Positions 10,770-23,600 of a stretch of DNA of 43,370 nucleotides are shown piece after piece. The stretch is from Vitrella brassicaformis CCMP3155. Taxonomy: Eukaryota; Protista; Chromerida. The notes below the pieces were generated by a model. That model ran no database searches, was not told the origin of the DNA, and was given only the letters and a program-made list of their open reading frames with translations. Both the position numbers and the translations under genes were made by a program. The stretch is from positions 1 to 43,370 of the forward strand of contig CDMY01000609.1 in the NCBI GenBank assembly GCA_001179505.1, in the 5' to 3' direction. Each line of letters opens with the position of its first letter. The stretch's first letter is position 1.

Positions 10770-11313
10770 TGGATATGTCTGCCTTCCCAGTCTGTCTCTC
10801 TGTCTGTCTGTCTCTCCGTCCCTCTGCCTCTCTGTCTCTCTGTTTCTCTGTCTCTGTTCTCCGTATGTTTTTCGTGTATGTGTATTATGTGGTGTATCCG
10901 ATCTGATGACGGATGGGTTGTCATGCCTGCATAAATGAATGTATGTATGAATGTATGTATTTTTTTGGCGCGTAGTGCGAGTATGTGTGTGCGTGGTGGG
11001 CGGCGCCGCTGGAAGATACGCCAGGCGGGCGCTGAGGATGGTGCTGGCATGTTTGTCGCATGATTGAGGGTTGGTCGATGTTGACGCAGTTCGTTTCATG
11101 AGAGACCGACAGACTCTGCCTGCCGTTGCGCTATGAGTTAACGTATGTCACACCATGGATATGTCTGCCTTTCCAGTCTGTCCCGCTGTCTCTCTGTCTC
11201 TCTGTCTCTCTGTCTCTGTTCTCTGTATGTTTGATGTGTATGTGTATTATGTGGTGTATCCGATATGATGACGGATGGGTTGTCATGCCTACATAAATGT
11301 ATGAATGTATGTA
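10770..11313. repeat. Direct duplication of a roughly 160-190 bp non-coding element (10770-10960 and 11156-11313)
   Basis: Both copies start TGGATATGTCTGCCTT and share GTGTATTATGTGGTGTATCCGAT-TGATGACGGATGGGTTGTCATGCCT-CATAAATG. They differ mainly in the (CTGT/CT)n tract. Confidence 0.9.
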
Positions 11314-11787
11314 TGTCTTTGTGTGTTGTGGCTGGATAGATGGATGGGTACGTCTTCCCACGTGCCTGCGTGTGTTTCTTGGGGCTTGCTTCCCAGGGTT
11401 TTTCCGCCTATTTGGGGAGGCTTTGGGAATGGCTCGGTCAAGGGAGGGGCTTTCAAGGGGGTGTGTATGCAATTGTTTCCAATATGTTAGGGGCATGTTG
11501 CAGGCTTCAAATTCTAGAACACAGTAACCCACCGCATGACGATCTGTCTTTCTCATCGCATCAAATAGACTGAAGTCATGAAGAAATGGAGAAGACAAAT
11601 GGAAGTCATAAAGGTACTCATAAGAAGCCGACAGGCCCGAATGTGGTTTCGGGTTGCGAATGTGTGATGTTTCAGCATGAAAACGAATTTTCTGGTCAAA
11701 GTGGAAGGATGCCTTGAAGTGGCTGGCACTTTCTTTATTCGCACAGACCCTTTGCATGAACTGCCTTTCTGCGTCATTTTCCAACAT
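11131..11787 (-). CDS. Unassigned ORF or exon (about 145 plausible codons, MLENDAERQFMQ...LHTHPLESP...)
   Basis: Long open frame with protein-like composition; its 3' third runs into the duplicated repeat. No family recognised. Confidence 0.3.
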   Translation of the reverse strand: MLENDAERQFMQRVCANKESASHFKASFHFDQKIRFHAETSHIRNPKPHSGLSASYEYLYDFHLSSPFLHDFSLFDAMRKTDRHAVGYCVLEFEACNMPLTYWKQLHTHPLESPSLDRAIPKASPNRRKNPGKQAPRNTRRHVGRRTHPSIQPQHTKTYIHSYIYVGMTTHPSSYRIHHIIHIHIKHTENRDRETERQRDSGTDWKGRHIHGVTYVNS

Positions 11788-12321
11788 GAATATGATGTTT
11801 TCTGGATAATTGAGCGAGACAATTCAATTTGCTCACAGGCGCCTACAGACCCTTTTCGAGGACCACTAGCTGTTTCTTTTCACTCACACAAACCCTCAGG
11901 TATGCACGTACACAAGGTTTTGTAGCATACCTGAGGACATCGGCAACTCACTGCGCCCGCCACAGGGAAGATGCCTGTGATGCGATGGCTTGGCGCGTGA
12001 GAAGCTCCCGCAGCCTCTGACACTCGTCCCTGTAGGCCACGTCGCACTTGAGAGGCAACACAGCCCACAGCCGCAGCCGCCGCTCTGTCGCCGTGTGTGT
12101 CACCCTCCGCCTGCAGGTATCTACACATGTTCGCAACAAGGCGAGAGACCTTCGCAAAAAGGTGGCCAGCGAATTCACAATGTGTCTGTCCGTTTTGTTT
12201 CTTCGATTCATCAGTCAGTTCTCCATTGCGCGTATGCACGTGTCTCTTTCAGTCAGTCTTTTTGTAACAGTGCATTGCATCGTGTCGTTCGGCCATCGCT
12301 CGGTGTCTTCATCTGCACTGA

Positions 12322-12680
12322 AGCCTGGTCAAATGGGCTGGTCCAAATGGATGCGTCTCTGTCGGTTTCACGGCTGAGAAGCTAGTCAATCCGCTGGAGC
12401 ACGACCCCGAAGGAGTCCTTTTTGCCTGCAGCAAACAGCATGTCTCAATTAAGCGTCTTAATGTTGAGATTTGAATCGATAGCCCTTTTATCTTGCTGAC
12501 CATCATGGTCGAAGAAAAAGGGTTCGACAAGCCGAAGTCTCAGTTCCTCGACGAGGTTGATGAAGCGGTCGAAGACTATGCTCATTACAGCATTGGGCCA
12601 GCAGGTGTCCGTGTCAAGCCTCTCATGGTGCAATTGAAACGGCTCATGCTTTCACCACGCAGCGGGACAAACAGTAATGA
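12322..12680 (+). pseudogene. Coding-like fragment with an in-frame TGA at 12472-12474
   Basis: Reads VGFTAEKLVNPLEHDPEGVLF...NVEI*IDSPFILLTIMVEEKGFDKPKSQFLDEVDEAVEDY in a single frame. It probably continues past the gap (about 13340-13750). Confidence 0.35.
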
Positions 12681-12919
12681 TGCATGCATTGCTGACACTC
12701 GTCGCCTCAATAACTCACCAGCTCCCATCGTCTCACTCGCCACACCTAAAACAGAGCCACACAATTGGCCACCTCCTCAACGCACCCTGCTGCTACTCAC
12801 CATCCTCCACCCGAATCGACCCTCCTCGCCCACGACAAAGCACTTCAAATGTCGCTTCCCCTCCGCGCGTGCCGTTCCACCCTTGCCGCCGCGCCGAACG
12901 GCAACTACCTGCACACACG

Positions 12920-13219
12920 NNNNNNNNNNNNNNNNNNNNNNNNNNNNNNNNNNNNNNNNNNNNNNNNNNNNNNNNNNNNNNNNNNNNNNNNNNNNNNNNN
13001 NNNNNNNNNNNNNNNNNNNNNNNNNNNNNNNNNNNNNNNNNNNNNNNNNNNNNNNNNNNNNNNNNNNNNNNNNNNNNNNNNNNNNNNNNNNNNNNNNNNN
13101 NNNNNNNNNNNNNNNNNNNNNNNNNNNNNNNNNNNNNNNNNNNNNNNNNNNNNNNNNNNNNNNNNNNNNNNNNNNNNNNNNNNNNNNNNNNNNNNNNNNN
13201 NNNNNNNNNNNNNNNNNNN
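12920..13219. other. Assembly gap (300 N)
   Basis: N run. All five gaps are exactly 300 N, consistent with a placeholder size. Confidence 0.99.
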
Positions 13220-14610
13220 ACACCCCCCCCCCCCCCCTCTCACACCACCCTTCCACTGCCACCACTCATCCGCTGCATACCGCGTGGCGTCGCGCCGAGT
13301 ATCACCAGGACCACGAGGATCACGACACGCACGACACCCCATGATTTCATCGAATTCATGTGTCTCGTCGCCTTGCTCATGACGCGAGAATGCGAAGAAA
13401 AGACACAGTGTCGAACTGAGGGAGAAGTACAATTGTTTCACAGCGACCCGAACACTTGCCACCTTCGCTCCTCCCCGAGGAATCATGAAGAGAAGACGCT
13501 AACATATCTCACTTGAACTCCTTTCGCCGCACCTATTCATGCACGTTTCTCGCCATGAAGTGAAAGTTTCTCGTTTTTTTTGTCACGTCATTCATTATAG
13601 GGGGGGATGCGGACAAAACAGTGTCGCCCGCTTCCACGAGGGAATGATCGAGCAGAAAGGAGGAAGAACGCTGGCTATCCTACGGACTTCCTGGGTTCAT
13701 GCTACTGCTCGATCTGGTGGGAGTGTGGCATGTTTTTGCACGAGACGGTGAGGAATTCTCTCTCCCTCATGCGACCTCTTTCTCCTGTGTGTGCGGGTGG
13801 TTGATAAGTCTTTGTCTGTGCTGTGGCGTGTGCGAGACATATGAGGTGCTTTGTGGTACGGCGTCTCTTTCGCAAATCGATGAATGGCATGGAAGGTGAG
13901 ACGACTGAAGTGAAGACACCGACTGAGACCGATGGAAATCAGATGCTCTGACGCCGCCAGGCGGCATTAAAGGAAAAGCCTCACCAAAGAGAAGACAGGC
14001 GGGGAAAGTGAGAAAGCAAAGGGACCCTTCTCAAACACCGTACATTCGCACGCATTCGGTCGATGCCGATCGCCAACCGAACCACCACCCTAGCTGCACC
14101 CCAGGTGGACGGGAATATGTCGGTCATGCCAGCTCATGGTGCACCGAAATGCTGACACACACAACAGACAGACAGACAGACAGACAGACCCGAACCAGCT
14201 ACACCACGTACCACTAGAGCGTCTATTTTTCGGTCTGTCGCCAGCTGATCCTCCGTAGATTATTCGCCTGCCTATCTGCCCATCCCGTCTGTCCGTCCGT
14301 CCGTCCGTCTATCTATCTGAGGCAATAGGTGGATTGATTGCTTTCATTAGTATGAGGTCTTTGCCACCATGAGCAGTCCGTCACCCACACGGCAACGAAT
14401 GCCTATAATCGATCACTTGAGCAATGGCCTAAATGGCCCAAAATTACAGCAAGCAATCCCTTAATGGAGATAACGTGAGATAAGCAGAACACCCTCAAAC
14501 CAACTCCGCAGCGCATGCAATACATAGCATAACTTACTCCTTGAAATAGCCCCTTCCTTACTGAAACAGCTTACTTACACAGAGGAAAAAGATACACAGG
14601 TACGTCCAGG

Positions 14611-17600
14611 TCAGAACGAGAAGACGTCCGCGGCCATGCCGATCGAATCAATGTTCAACCCCCTGAGCAGACAACACGCAGTGTTTGCTGGCGTAAATAA
14701 AGTCCTGGCACATAAGCAACCCTTTTGCTTACGCGAATCCCAGGATGCCACGCGTGAGCTCCTGCGTGTCGGTGATGGCCTGAAGCTGGATTGTGAGCTC
14801 ATGGAGTGAGAGAGCATGGACGTGGGTGAAGTCGAACCTGACCGAATCATATAGATAGATATGACAGATAGATGGCATCCCTCATGCGCACGGATCGCGT
14901 GGGCGGGCGGTCGCCGTCTGCCTTGTGTCGCTCGCTTACCAGTGGGGCATCATCCAAACGATCCAGTCGCAGAAGCCAATACGCAGGATGGCCGTGAGCA
15001 GCAGAGACAGCAGCATGAACATCAGCAGCGGCTGAAGGATGAATGTGTTCAGGAACTCAACTGCATGCCAATCATTCATGACGTATCCAGCAGGCAGGCA
15101 GGCATGTGTGTGTTATTTCAGCAACCTGAGCAGGCCATGACGAAATCTTGGTATACGACGTGAGGGGGTCGGGCGTCGTACTCTACCAGACGCTCGCTAA
15201 AGGCGAACAGCAGCAGGAAGGCATCACACGCAAACCAGTAGATCAGCGCTATAGCGATGCCGATCCGCTCTCTCGTGCGCCATCGCGCCAACACGGCCTG
15301 CTTCATCTTCATCGGGAAATGACCTGGCAGCCGCCCAGGTAGGTAGGTAGGCAGGTAGGGAGGGAGGGAGGGAGACACAAGGGAGGGAGGGAGGAAGGAA
15401 GGAAGGACACGCAACGGAAGGAGGGAAGGAAGTGAGGAAAGATAGATGACTCTACGGTGAGTGAGTGAGTGAGTGTCTGGCTGCCTGCCTGCCTGCCACC
15501 AGCCGGCCGGCCGGCGCTAGTTAGCATGAATGCGTGCGTACCTGAGTGTCGCCCAGTGATCTCGGCGATGCGATGGCCGCCGCCTCCCTTGAAGCCAGCG
15601 TACATGGCTGAGAGAAGGCACGAACAATTGACGCATGCAAGTCAAGTCACGTCACTTGGTGCATGGTGTCTTTTCTGGCTCGCTGGCTGCGGTGCAGGCA
15701 TTCCCTTACCGCTTCGTGTCGGTGAGGGTTTGATGTGCGGCACCAGCTTGCGGAAGAGGAAAATCAGGAGGAGCGGCACGGGCTTGGAGAGAATGACAGA
15801 CCAGATGAGCACGGCGATCTGACGCAGGGTGAGCTGCCAGGCTACGTCCTGCGTCTGGAACGACAGCAGCACGGTCTCAGCGCCCTCGCCAGTCACCTTC
15901 GTGCGGTCGAAGAAGACGGCACACCTGAAAGCAAAACATCACAGATGTCTGTAAAGTCCCACACAGCTGCTGCTGCGTCTCTACGGCCACACATGGTGAG
16001 AATTCCAAGTGAGATGGATCCAAAGAAGAGAGTGCGCTGCACCGCCGTGTAGCTGAATTGAATTGATACATTGAACCACAGAGAGACACAGACAGGGGCG
16101 TCGTGAAGGCGATGCATCCATCGATCCATCCATCCATCCATCCATATAGATCACGTGGGGTTCAAGATAAAGAGCTTGAGCAATGGGTGGTCGCGTCTGC
16201 GTCGATCGAGACACCAGCACATAGAAATACATAGCCGCCGTCCTGACTGGATCCGTCAGTCAGTGCGTACCTGACTACCTCCCTGAACAGACGGGCAGGC
16301 CCCCACTCCACGTACTCGACCCGGCGCAGCGTTCGGGTCACCATCAGGTCCACCTGCAGGAGGAATATTGACCGGCTCGGTCATAGTGGCAGAGTGACAG
16401 GTCACAGACATATTCACCATACCTCGGAATTCAGATCGACCCACAAGTCGGTCACGCTCTTGCGGCGGGATGCTGCCGTCGGCGTCTTGCCCTGCACTTT
16501 GTGAGTAGGTTTCTCTGCTTCGTCCACTGTGATCTTGACCTCTTTCTGCTGCTGCCTCTGCTGCTGCTGACTCAGGAGGTCGGCAATCGGAATGGTCTGG
16601 CCCTTGTGCAGTTTGGGTGAGAACTCTGAATCTTCGTCGTCGTCTCGGGCGTCTGTGTTGGTAGGCGAGCCCTCCGGGTCGACCATTGTGGCCAGGGCTG
16701 CAAGCGACTTGGGCGAGTCCGACGAATCGCCCGGCTGCACCACAGCGCTCTCGAAGCCTATAAGCTTGCGGCCCTTGCGGCGATCGTCTTGTGGTGCCTC
16801 CTGTGCCTCTGTTTCCTGCGGAACCTCTGTTTCCTGGGGACGGCCGATCACCATCGCCGTGGGTATCTCCTCGATGGCCGGCACTCTGTTCTCTTCTTTT
16901 GGGTGAATCTGTGGTGACACTTTCTGGGCTTTCCGCTCCAAGATCGCCCGCCAGTGCAGCTGGATGAGCACCGCCGCCGCCTGTTGTCGCTGCAGGTCAA
17001 GCAACAGACGGCTGCGCAGAGCTTCCTTGAGCACGCCGCTCCTGCAGACGCACACATATGATCGACACATGTGAAAAGGTGAGGCACGATCATGTGTAAC
17101 TCTTACTTGATCAGGTCGATCCTCTCATACTTCTTCTTTTCGTCTTGCAGGACCTGCTGGAAGATCTGCATGCCTTTGGCATCCATTCGGCCTTCTATGG
17201 AAGGCGTGAACGACACCTCCCGGACTCGACGTTGCGGCGGCGTCCGCTCTTCCNNNNNNNNNNNNNNNNNNNNNNNNNNNNNNNNNNNNNNNNNNNNNNN
17301 NNNNNNNNNNNNNNNNNNNNNNNNNNNNNNNNNNNNNNNNNNNNNNNNNNNNNNNNNNNNNNNNNNNNNNNNNNNNNNNNNNNNNNNNNNNNNNNNNNNN
17401 NNNNNNNNNNNNNNNNNNNNNNNNNNNNNNNNNNNNNNNNNNNNNNNNNNNNNNNNNNNNNNNNNNNNNNNNNNNNNNNNNNNNNNNNNNNNNNNNNNNN
17501 NNNNNNNNNNNNNNNNNNNNNNNNNNNNNNNNNNNNNNNNNNNNNNNNNNNNNGGTTTCTCTGCTTCGTCCACTGTGATCTTGACCTCTTTTTGCTGCTG

Positions 17601-20600
17601 CCTCTGCTGCTGCTGACTCGGGAGGTCGGCAATCGGAATGGTCTGGCCCTTGTGCAGTTTGGGTGAGAACTCTGAATCTTCGTCGTCGTCTCGGGCGTCT
17701 GCGTTGGTAGGCGAGCCCTCTGGGTCGACCATTGTGGCCAGGGCTTCAAGCGACTTGGGCGAGTCCGACGAATCGCCCGGCTGCACCACAGCGCTCTCGA
17801 AGCCTATAAGCTTGCGGCCCTTGCGGCGATCGTCTTGTGGTGCCTCCTGTGCCTCTGTTTCCTGCGGAACCTCTGTTTCCTGGGGACGGCCGATCACCAT
17901 CGCCGTGGGTATCTCCTCGATGGCCGGCACTCTGTTCTCTTCTTTTGGGTGAATCTGTGGTGACACTTTCTGGGCTTTCCGCTCCAAGATCGCCCGCCAG
18001 TGCAGCTGGATGAGCACCGCCGCCGCCTGTTGTCGCTGCAGGTCAAGCAACAGACGGCTGCGCAGAGCTTCCTTGAGCACGCCGCTCCTGCAGACGCACA
18101 CATATGATCGACACATGTGAAAAGGTGAGGCACGATCATGTGTAACTCTTACTTGATCAGGTCGATCCTCTCATACTTCTTCTTTTCGTCTTGCAGGACC
18201 TGCTGGAAGATCTGCATGCCTTTGGCATCCATTCGGCCTTCTATGGAAGGCGTGAACGACACCTCCCGGACTTGACGTTGCGGCGGCGTCCGCTCTTCCT
18301 CGTCCGATCTGCCCTCCTCTCTCAGCTGCGAATCCACGCGCCTGCTCACCCTCCTGCGTGCCGGCGACGACTCGCCGCTGACGGCCTCCTCCTCCTCCTC
18401 GCCGATCGACAGAGACGTGCCCGACACTATGCTCCAATTTGGGGGCGGACCCGTGGTATCACTCAGGACTGTCCGCGTCTTCTTGACTGCGAAGCGGGCA
18501 CTCGGGTCCTCTTTCTCCTGCTGCTTGGTGAAGGTGTGCTTGATGAAATCAGAGAGGCTTGGAATGGGCGCCTGCACTCTACTTCGCAGGCTCTTAGCAC
18601 TCTTCATGTCGGCGGTCCAGAGAGTCGACATAGAGATGCCACGGCTAGACCTGACGGAGGGGAGGGGCACAAATGCCTGCCTTTGCGCTGCGTGTGTGCT
18701 TGCTTACTTACAACTCTCTGTCTGTCTGTCTGTCTCTCTGTCTGTCTGTCTCTCTGTCTCTCTGTCTGTCCTTACGTACATACCATGTCTTCTTGTCTGC
18801 TGCAGTATGCGGCACGTTGGACACCATTGGAGGCGTCGCCGCCTCGATGGGCGTGAAGGGCGTCGTGAAACTGTCCCTACGGCGTCGCTGCTTGTCGGGC
18901 TCGTGCAATAGTTCATATCTCACGGACGACATCATCCATTCATCCATCAGCTGATACTGAAGATATCCTCCTCGTGCCGATGGCTATGTCAGCTATATTC
19001 GAGATGGACAACGAGGGAGGGACGGAGACGGCATCACATCACGGACGGCATCATCCATTCATCCATCAGCTGCTGCTGAAGATATCCTCCTCGTGCCGAT
19101 GGCTATGTCAGCTATATTCGAGATGGACAACGAGGGAGGGACGGAGACGGCATCACATCACGGACGGCATCATCCATTCATCCATCAGCTGCTGCTGAAG
19201 ATATCCTCCTCGTGCCGATGGCTATGTCAGCTATATTCGAGATGGACAACGAGGGAGGGACGGAGACGGNNNNNNNNNNNNNNNNNNNNNNNNNNNNNNN
19301 NNNNNNNNNNNNNNNNNNNNNNNNNNNNNNNNNNNNNNNNNNNNNNNNNNNNNNNNNNNNNNNNNNNNNNNNNNNNNNNNNNNNNNNNNNNNNNNNNNNN
19401 NNNNNNNNNNNNNNNNNNNNNNNNNNNNNNNNNNNNNNNNNNNNNNNNNNNNNNNNNNNNNNNNNNNNNNNNNNNNNNNNNNNNNNNNNNNNNNNNNNNN
19501 NNNNNNNNNNNNNNNNNNNNNNNNNNNNNNNNNNNNNNNNNNNNNNNNNNNNNNNNNNNNNNNNNNNNNGCCCTTGTGCAGTTTGGGTGAGAACTCTGAA
19601 TCTTCGTCGTCGTCTCGGGCGTCTGCGTTGGTAGGCGAGCCCTCTGGGTCGACCATTGTGGCCAGGGCTTCAAGCGACTTGGGCGAGTCCGACGAATCGC
19701 CCGGCTGCACCACAGCGCTCTCGAAGCCTATAAGCTTGCGGCCGTTGCGGGGATCGTCTTGTGGTGCCTCCTGTGCCTCTGGTTCCTGCGGATCCTCTGT
19801 TTCCTGGGGACGGCCGATCACCATTGCCGTGGGTATCTCCTCGATGGCCGGCACTCTGTCCTCTTCTTTTTGGTGAACCTGTGGTGACACCTTCTGGGCT
19901 TTCCGCTCCAAGATCGCCCGCCAGTGCAGCTGGATGAGCACCGCCGCCGCCTGTTGTCGCTGCAGGTCAAGCAGCAGACGGCTGCGCAGGGCTTCCTTGA
20001 GTACGCCGCTCCTGCAGACGCACACATGTGATCGACACATGTGAAAAGTTGAGGCACGATCATGTGTAACTCTTACTTGATCAGGTCGATCCTCTTGTAC
20101 TTCTTCTTTTCGTCTTGCAGGACCTGCTGGAAGATCTGCATGCCTTTGGCATCCATTCGGCCTTCTATGGAAGGCGTGAACGACACCTCCCGGACTTGAC
20201 GTTGCGGCGGCGTCCGCTCTTCCTCGTCCGATCTGCCCTCCTCTCTCAGCTGCGAATCCAGGCGCCTGCTCGCCCTCCTGCGTGCCGGCGACGACCCGCC
20301 GCTGACGGCCTTCTCCTCCTCGCCGATCGACAGAGACGTGCCCGAGACGACGCTCCAATTTCGGGGCGGACCCGTGGCATCACTCAGGTCTTTCAGCGTC
20401 TTCTTGACTTCGAAGCAGGCACTCGGGTCCTCTTTCTCCTGCTTCTTGGTGAAGGTGTGCTTGATGAAATCAGAGAGGCTTGGAACGGGCGCCTGCACTC
20501 TACTTCGCAGGCCCTTAGCACTCTCCATGTCGGCGGTCCAGAGAGTCGACATAGAGATGCCACGGCTAGACCTGACCAAGGGGAGGGGGCACAAATGCCT

Positions 20601-23600
20601 GCCTCTGCGCTGCGTGTGTGCTTGCTTACTTACTTACAACTCTCTGTCTGTCTGTCTGTCTGTCTCTCTGTCTGTCTGTCTGTCTGTCTGTCTGTCCTTA
20701 CGTACATACCATGTCTTCTTGTCTGCTGCAGTTTGCGGCACATTGGACACCATTGGAGGCGTCGCCGCCTCGATGGGCGTGAACGGCGTCGTGAAACTGT
20801 CCCATAGTTCATATCTCACGGATCTGAGTGTCCTGAGCTCCTGCATGCGGACATTCACACCGATTGACATGGAATCTATCCATTCATATTAGCTATCGGT
20901 CGTTGTGTGGTTGCACCCACCCACCTGCAGGTGGACAGTGGGCTCCCTCCTGCGTAGGTGCATCCAGCACCCGCCAAAACAGCGACAGAGCAGGAAGTCA
21001 CACCAGAAGGGGTGATAGGCCCGCCCTGTGCACTGGTGGATGCCCTTCTGCAGACGGCTCCTCTGAACAGACAGACCAAACATGAGCACACACACACAGA
21101 CAGCCAGCTACCTGTCCGCCATGATGGACAGACATAGCAGTGGAGGCATGCTTACGGCTTTGTGTCGGGCGCTGTCGCGACCAGCGGCACACAGCAGACA
21201 AGAGAACAAGGGTAAAGACATGGACGGATGAATATGCAATACATACATACATACATACACACATACATGTACCCACTCGAGAAGTGGATCGGTCATCCAT
21301 ATGTCGAGCAGGATTTCGTCGGTGATGCTGCATAGCACACATCACGACGACGACGACAGCAACGCCGACAGATAACATCTTTGTCTGCTGCCTGCAGTCG
21401 AAGCGTCTTGTCATCCGTTTGCTTACGGGTGTTTGCAGTCGAAATAGATGGCGAGGGCGAGGCAGGTGAGATGGATTAGGATCATAATGAAAATGAACAT
21501 TCCTGCCACGTTCTGGACCCACGCAGTGATATCGGCCATCTTCTTGAGCGAGCCATCGGCACCACTCAGCACATCCGCTAGGCTGCTGTCAACTATCACA
21601 CTCCTGTATGCACACACACACACATACATACACACATGTATATGTATGCATATACATGACACATGACACATGGCGTGAGACCTGAAGACGCTGCCGAAGT
21701 CCGTCAGATGGTCACACTCGCAGCACAGCGTGGTGCTATTGGACAACACCTGATTCACCTTGCAGCCTGACAGTCAGCGGCCGACACATATACACAGGCA
21801 TACATACACTCTGTCTCCCTCGCTCATTCTCGTGTGTGACTGGCCGACCCATGCACCCACCCACCCACCCACCCACCCACCGACCTTGTGTGTCCCATTG
21901 CTTTATGGTATTGTTCCAGAAGGCACAGGCCTCGTTGACGATGACTGTCATGTTGCCCTGGGCGGTCTGCCGCAGAGATCTTCTCAGCTGTTGTGAGGGC
22001 GGTCGGGGCAGGTAGATGCGGAATGGCTCGCCGCCCGACGACGCCCTCAGCTCCATGTCGCTACCGCACTGCCGACCCTGATAGCGTCAACACACGTACA
22101 CGGACAGATAGATAGGTAGGTAGGTAGGTAGATGGGTAGATGGAAACACAGGCCGCCAAGAGAGAATCGATGGATGGATGGATGTGTCTCATTCGCTTAC
22201 AGAGACGGTGAATGCGCCTTGTGAAGCGCCACGTGTGAGTGTATTGTTGGACGTCACATTGGTGGCGTCTTGCTGCTCATCGCTGGAGGCATAGGCGTAT
22301 GGGTCCTCAGACCACCAGATAAGCTGCACACTCTCGGCAGTGTTTGTCTGTCCGCCATTGCAGTTGGTGATTGACGAGTCGACTGCCGATGGGATCTGCA
22401 CACCCACACTCTGCTGTGCCGTCACCATCGAGAGCATGGCCTCCTGCTGAGCCTGGTCTCTCGTTGCCACCCTCAAATGGGTGCGTTCAGCAGCACTCGA
22501 CAGCTCAAAGCTGCCTCCCTGCTGCAATGCGACGCGAGGCACCAAGCTATCGCCCAGCTGACGCGTCGCGCTGTGAATGTCCGACGCGAGATCGTGATAC
22601 GCCGGGGCGTCGTCAGCGAGCCGTCGATTCGATGCGCGCAGCGACTTGGCAGTGCGGTTGAGCTGTCTGTACAGACCCGCTGCCGTATCAAGGAAATGCC
22701 CGATGCCATTGAGAGCCTTCGCTGTCCCCTCAGGTGTGACATTGTCGGTCTCTTCGATGCCGTTCCTCGAGACATTCACGAGGGAGCTGAAGGTCGACAC
22801 GGCCGTCGATGTATCAGCGATATCGTCACTCTCTGCCTCGTCGGCGGCTTCTATCGTTGTAGCAAGTGTGACGGCCGATAGGAGCACTTCGGCGGGGCTG
22901 CTGGAAACGCCACTGAGATTAATCGACCGCTCGGTGGCCACCTGAATAGCACAGAGGCATTCTGGCGATGGCCAGACAGCATGTCGGTCGGTCCTCTACC
23001 TTGCTGAGGTCTTTGAGCAATGCCCTCATGATCACTCGCTTCTGTGCCTTGGTGTCTCCCTCGGTGACGTTGGGCAGGGCGGCGTCCCTGTCTGTGTTCT
23101 TGAGTGCAGCGGCCACCTTGATGGCCCGCAGCAGTCGCTCGCCAAACGCATCAATCGAATCGACTGGCGGGGGGGTCGGGCCATCGGTTTGTTCTTCTGT
23201 AAGCAGCTGGTCAATCGCATCAACCAACTGCGTCTCGTTCACATCCTATGGCGGGAAGACAGGCAAGAAACGCACATGTATGCAAGCACGCACGTGAGGC
23301 GAGGCGAGTGAGGAGCGAGAGGTCTGATCTCTGAGGGGGGAATGAAGATATGCTGGCTCTCTGCCATGCCCACTTTCAGCTTATCGACGTCATCGGTGAT
23401 GTCATCGATAATGGACGAGGGGGGGGATGTCGAGGCTACACACATAGTAGGAATAGGGACAAATCAGTGGTTGCAGTCTTAGCGACCAGACAGACGGCGA
23501 CCATTCGATTCCTTGCTCACCTGTTGTAGTGGGTGATTCCGTCACCTCGGGAACTGACCCAGACAAACACACAACAGTAAGAATATATTAGTACGAGCCG

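Larger units (their letters stand above)
16508..20820. repeat. Three copies of the IQ-containing exon block: 16508-17253, 17554-18920 and 19570-20820
   Basis: Offsets are 1046 (copy 1 to 2) and 1924 (copy 2 to 3). Copies 1 and 2 are nearly identical; copy 3 is more diverged, with substitutions and indels. Gaps separate the copies. Confidence 0.95.

Noticed and set aside
11265-11280. snoRNA C-box-like ATGATGA in the duplicated cassette
   Set aside because: No matching D box or terminal stem was found, and the other copy has CTGATGA.
4995-12474. Genome-wide UGA=Trp/Sec code as the explanation for internal stops
   Set aside because: Not adopted as a call. Many genes here end in TGA, Trp is encoded by TGG throughout, and TAA and frameshift lesions also occur.
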